Shown one piece after another: positions 30,858-32,000 of a stretch of DNA of 32,000 nucleotides. A model generated the notes under the pieces. It was not told the origin of the DNA. It did no database searches and worked only from the letters and a program-made list of their open reading frames with translations. Each line of letters begins with the position of its first letter. Position 1 is the first letter of the stretch. This DNA is from a virus: IMG/VR virus record IMGVR_UViG_2551306257_000004, positions 3,278 through 35,277 of that record; one strand, given 5' to 3'. A program made the translations under genes and the position numbers.

Positions 30858-32000
30858 ATGTGGGATGAGCAACTTCCAGACGGTAGATATAAATTTTTTG
30901 AACGATTCAAAGATCCATACACTGGAACTTGGAAAAGAGTAGCTACTATTTTAACAAGTAATTCGAGTAGGGCGCAAAAGCAAGCTCAAAAAATCCTTGA
31001 ACAAAGGATTGCGGAAAAATTAGCTCAGCTCAAAACATCTGAAATGCTATTTACAGACCTTTTCGACCAATGGTGGACTTTCTACCAACAAGAAATCAAA
31101 CGTACCTCTATCGCTTCTCTGAAGGGCAATATTAAAGAAATAAGAGAGAGTTTCGGCATTGGCGTCAAAGTAGTCAATATTGACCCAAAATACGTCCAAA
31201 ATTACCTAGACAACCTGGATTGCTCCAGAAACAAGAAAGAGCGTAACAAATCCATGTTGAACCTTGCTTTTGATTATGCAGTCGATCTGGACATCATCAA
31301 GGAAAATCCATCAAGAAGGGCCAAACTGCCACGGATCAAAAAGACCTTGGAAGATTGGAAAAAGATTGAAGAAAAATATCTTGAGGAAGACGAAATAAAA
31401 CCACTACTTGAAGAACTCTGTCGCAGACCTAGCACATACCGGATTGGGTTAGCCGGGGAATTTATGAGCTTGAACGGTTGTCGAATTGGAGAGTTAATCT
31501 GTATTGAGCCTGAAGACCGAAATTTTGAGACCAGGCAATTGGAACTCCATGGAACCTATGATCATACTGAAGGCTATCGCAATGGCGAGAAAACAACTCC
31601 AAAGACCGTCGCTTCATACCGCGAAACACTCATGACCAAGCGAGAAATGGAAATTATTCAAGAGTTTGAATTTATGAATGAGCTAGAAAAAAATACCAAC
31701 CCACGATATAAAGATATGGGCTACATCTTTACAACCAAGAATGGTGTACCGATGCAAACTAACTCTTTCAACCTAGCCTTGAAGAATGCAAATCAGCGAC
31801 TTGAAAAACCAATTCAGAAAAACCTAACCAGCCACATCTTCCGTCATACCCTTGTCAGCCGTCTAGCTGAGAATAATGTCCCTTTAAAAGCTATTATGGA
31901 CCGTGTGGGGCATGCAGATGCCAAGACAACTATCCAAATTTATACCCATGTTACTAAGAAAATGAAATCAAATGTGGCAGATATCATGGAAAACTACTAA
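30858..32000 (+). CDS. int: Tyrosine recombinase (phage integrase).
   Basis: 380 aa. It has an N-terminal SAM-like domain. The catalytic region contains LNGCRIGE (Arg) and HIFRHTLVSRL...DRVGHADAKTTIQIYTHV (H-x-x-R ... H ... Y). Confidence 0.9.
   Translation: MWDEQLPDGRYKFFERFKDPYTGTWKRVATILTSNSSRAQKQAQKILEQRIAEKLAQLKTSEMLFTDLFDQWWTFYQQEIKRTSIASLKGNIKEIRESFGIGVKVVNIDPKYVQNYLDNLDCSRNKKERNKSMLNLAFDYAVDLDIIKENPSRRAKLPRIKKTLEDWKKIEEKYLEEDEIKPLLEELCRRPSTYRIGLAGEFMSLNGCRIGELICIEPEDRNFETRQLELHGTYDHTEGYRNGEKTTPKTVASYRETLMTKREMEIIQEFEFMNELEKNTNPRYKDMGYIFTTKNGVPMQTNSFNLALKNANQRLEKPIQKNLTSHIFRHTLVSRLAENNVPLKAIMDRVGHADAKTTIQIYTHVTKKMKSNVADIMENY

Larger units (their letters stand above)
1..32000. mobile_element. 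Temperate siphovirus-type prophage segment. Lysogeny module is on + at the right end. Early, recombination, late-control, packaging, head and tail modules are on -.
   Basis: Canonical modular gene order, tightly packed genes with overlapping stop/start codons, and a divergent cI/cro-type switch next to the integrase. Confidence 0.9.

Overview
The window is almost entirely one temperate siphovirus-type prophage from a low-GC Gram-positive host. Several proteins look streptococcal-phage-like, but that is recollection, not a search. The lysogeny module is on the + strand at the right end: a cI-like S24 repressor (29108-29839), a membrane protein (29859-30728) and a tyrosine integrase (30858-32000). 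Everything else runs leftward on the - strand. In order these are: cro-like HTH; a second small HTH; many small early ORFs; a winged-helix protein next to iteron-like repeats; a RecT / DUF1351-like / Cas4-like nuclease module; a PcfK-like plus PcfJ-like pair; a RuvC-like resolvase; a sigma-region-4-like late regulator; terS, terL, portal and MuF; three small genes; scaffold, major capsid, four connector proteins and major tail; G/G-T chaperones; a 1235-aa tape measure; Dit; Tal; and the start of a fibre gene that runs off the left edge. No lysis cassette, rRNA, true tRNA or CRISPR array is present. The items I would look at again are listed here. (1) A ~340-nt ORF-free, hairpin-dense region with tRNA-like T-loop hairpins and a strong intrinsic terminator sits just ahead of terS. 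(2) The MuF head protein is fused to an HEFGH metallopeptidase-like domain and is followed by a small acidic ORF. (3) A self-contained + strand cassette is embedded in the early lytic operon. It has a consensus promoter, an inverted repeat, an SD-sequestering hairpin, a 114-aa ORF and a terminator, and it appears to have truncated a resident gene. (4) A two-TM protein lies between repressor and integrase. (5) The PcfK-like ORF is an anti-CRISPR candidate. All functional calls rest on reading motifs and gene order by eye. No database search was run.
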